Below, piece after piece: positions 61,965-64,000 of a stretch of 64,000 nucleotides of DNA (position 1 is the stretch's first letter; each line of letters begins with the position of its first letter). The translations under genes and the position numbers were made by a program. This DNA is from Terriglobia bacterium (GTDB lineage Bacteria; Acidobacteriota; Terriglobia; 20CM-2-55-15), in contig CBDCLE010000024.1 in the NCBI GenBank assembly GCA_965218585.1, positions 256,001 to 320,000 of the forward strand, given 5' to 3'. The notes below the pieces were generated by a model. The model was not told where the DNA came from, made no database searches, and saw only the letters and a list, made by a program, of their open reading frames with translations.

Positions 61965-62414
61965 TCAGAAGCCGGGCTGGGGGGTGACCCCCGCCGCCCG
62001 GCGCCTGGCCAGCAACGCATAGGTGAATCCAAGAATCAGTCCGTAAACAAGATGCCCAACCAGGCTCGGGAACATCGCCGCTGCTGCCGTCGCGTTCCAG
62101 TTGACGCCGATCCCCATGCCCATCATCGCCGGCATCAGCGTGAGTGGCCCGAGAAACCACCATGTGATTCCGTATGCAGCCCCGTACCCGAGTCCGGTCG
62201 CCCCACCCTTGACGAGGGTATGAAACAGCAGCGCAAAGGACCCGCCGATGACGGCGCTGATTATGAGGTGAACGAAGAATCCCACGCCGGGGGTGGGCGA
62301 TCCGACCATCTGTCCGATCATCGGGAGCATGCCCATCATACCCATCATCACTCCGAAGACGATTCCGCCGGCTATGCCCGCGATGGCTCCATGTTCGATA
62401 CGCTTTACGTTCAT
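61965..62414 (-). CDS. Met/His-rich four-helix membrane protein
   Basis: VMMGMMGMLPMIGQMV, VHLIIS, W..GPL..MP and GHLVYG; AGGAG RBS. Confidence 0.75.
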   Translation of the reverse strand: MNVKRIEHGAIAGIAGGIVFGVMMGMMGMLPMIGQMVGSPTPGVGFFVHLIISAVIGGSFALLFHTLVKGGATGLGYGAAYGITWWFLGPLTLMPAMMGMGIGVNWNATAAAAMFPSLVGHLVYGLILGFTYALLARRRAAGVTPQPGF

Positions 62415-62514
62415 TTTTTGTCTTTTCTCCTCTATGAGTGGTTATATTTCGTTAAACCGGATCCTGCTTCGTTAATGAGTGGGGCCAGTGGCCGATTTCT
62501 TACACACGATTCGC

Positions 62515-63081
62515 ATGAATTTCGAAGATTCAGAATTCCCTGAACGAATGCGGGCGGCTGATCCCGAGGCCATACGTGGGGTGGTGGAGGCGTATCTGCA
62601 ACATATCCTTAATGCTGCGAGGGCTTCGGGTCTGGATCCTCAACGTGCCGAAGACGTGACCCAGGCTACGTTCGCAACGTTTATAGAGAAGGCATCCAGT
62701 TTTGAGGGCCGCTCCCATGTCAGAACCTGGCTGTTCGGGATTCTCTATCGCAAGATTGCGGAAGCCCGCCGAGGTCTCGGCCGGGAGGGTCTCTTCGATG
62801 ACATTGACGAGGTCGTGGAGAAACGGTTTGACGAGACAGGGATGTGGGTCGATCCGCCACAGCCCATAAACTTACTCGGCTCCGAACTCGGAGCTTTCAT
62901 CGAAGAATGTCTGGAGATACTGCCGACCGCTCAACGGATGGCATTCTTGTTTCGAGAAAAAGAAGAGATGTCGACGGAAGAAATATGTAAGATTCTGGAT
63001 GTCTCGCGCACTAACTTAGGAGTGCTGCTTTACCGCGGCCGAAATCGGCTCAGGGAATGTCTGGAGGCCAAGGGTTATTAG
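62515..63081 (+). CDS. ECF RNA polymerase sigma factor
   Basis: AEDVTQATF, FEGRSHVRTWLFGIL..K, EIC..L.VS..N..VLLYR.R..LRECLE motifs. Confidence 0.92.
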   Translation: MNFEDSEFPERMRAADPEAIRGVVEAYLQHILNAARASGLDPQRAEDVTQATFATFIEKASSFEGRSHVRTWLFGILYRKIAEARRGLGREGLFDDIDEVVEKRFDETGMWVDPPQPINLLGSELGAFIEECLEILPTAQRMAFLFREKEEMSTEEICKILDVSRTNLGVLLYRGRNRLRECLEAKGY

Positions 63082-63085
63082 CGAC

Positions 63086-63322
63086 ATGGGTCTCAACTGC
63101 AAAGAAGTTACACGGCGTCTTGCCAGCGATGAACTGACGACGGCGAACTGGCGCGAACGGGTGATGGTCGGTTTCCATATTTTTATGTGCGACAAATGCA
63201 GGCGCTACAGATCTCAGCTGGAGACAATGGGGCAGGCTGCTAAGCAGCTGTGGCGGAAGTCGGACGATCGAGAGACCGCCCGTCGGATGGAGAAAGAGAT
63301 TCTTTCAAAGATCAATAAATGA
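63086..63322 (+). CDS. zf-HC2 (ZAS) soluble anti-sigma factor
   Basis: C-x23-H-xxx-C-xx-C (CKEV...FHIFMCDKC), directly after the sigma gene. Confidence 0.85.
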   Translation: MGLNCKEVTRRLASDELTTANWRERVMVGFHIFMCDKCRRYRSQLETMGQAAKQLWRKSDDRETARRMEKEILSKINK

Positions 63323-63354
63323 GTAAGTTGATTGAGATAATATAATCTGTAGGA

Positions 63355-64000
63355 TTAAGTGCCGCTCTTGAGAAACGTCCCGTTCTGCATTTCCTTGAAC
63401 GCCTGCATCAGTTCTTCTTGTGTATTCATCACAAAAGGTCCGTAGCGTGCGACGGGCTCCCCGATGGGTTTGGCCGCAAGCAGAATGAACCGCATGGCGG
63501 AGTCCTTCGTTACCGCTTCGACGCCCTCACCATCACTGAGAACGACGAGGTTGCTCATCGGTGTGGGAGCGCCGCTGGTGTCGGTCTGTCCGATGTATCC
63601 ACTGCCCTCAAAAATGTAGGCGAACGCGTTATGGCCGGCCGGGATCGGATGCGTGAAGCGTGAGTCAGGCTCCAGGGAAATATCCAGGTAGGTGGGATCG
63701 GTCACGATTCCCTCGATCGGGCCACGCTGACCGTCGACCTCTCCCGCCAGGACCCGTACAACGGCGCTCTGGTTAGAAACCTCCGGCACCTGTCCGGGCG
63801 GAATGTCCTGATAGCGAGGTTCGGTCATCTTCTCACTTGCCGGGAGATTGACCCATAGCTGAAAGCCCCACATCAACCCCTCTTCCTGTTTGGGCATTTC
63901 TGAATGTACGATGCCGCGTCCGGCCGTCATCCATTGGATGCTGCCCGCTTCAAGGTTTCCCTGGAGACCGGTATGGTCGCGGTGTTCCATTCTTCCGGCG
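63355..64000 (-). CDS. Pirin family protein (5' end beyond the window)
   Basis: EHRDH.G, QWMTAGRGIVHSEMP, GFQLWVNLP, P.YQDI and EPVARYGPFVMNT motifs. Confidence 0.92.
   Translation of the reverse strand, partial: AGRMEHRDHTGLQGNLEAGSIQWMTAGRGIVHSEMPKQEEGLMWGFQLWVNLPASEKMTEPRYQDIPPGQVPEVSNQSAVVRVLAGEVDGQRGPIEGIVTDPTYLDISLEPDSRFTHPIPAGHNAFAYIFEGSGYIGQTDTSGAPTPMSNLVVLSDGEGVEAVTKDSAMRFILLAAKPIGEPVARYGPFVMNTQEELMQAFKEMQNGTFLKSGT

Overview
A GC-rich bacterial window, most likely Acidobacteriota-like (inferred from gene families: acidobacterial-type TonB, PadR plus membrane-protein pair, PufC-like cytochrome, DUF6152-type proteins, DUF5117 zincins). Left to right: an amidase; an assimilatory sulfate-reduction cluster (siroheme sulfite/nitrite reductase with a HEPN-like tail, TSUP exporter, cysH-cysD-cysN); many secreted hydrolases and c-type cytochromes; a probable IS1595-family remnant that has cut the start off a DUF6152-like gene; an ~18 kb locus with two paralogous giant NHL-propeller surface proteins flanking a secreted caspase-like/TPR protein and a truncated TonB-dependent receptor; then an amino acid permease and D-aminoacylase, pirins, two zincin proteases, a DUF5916-like barrel, trkAH, TonB, a stand-alone lysine-ketoglutarate reductase-like enzyme and an ECF sigma/anti-sigma pair. 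About nine small indels, several in homopolymers, and two in-frame TGA codons split otherwise intact genes; these are probably assembly errors. I saw no rRNA, tRNA or CRISPR array. The best candidate for an undescribed system is the caspase-TPR / TonB receptor / giant NHL protein locus (17974-35572). All family assignments come from motif recognition by eye, not from database searches.
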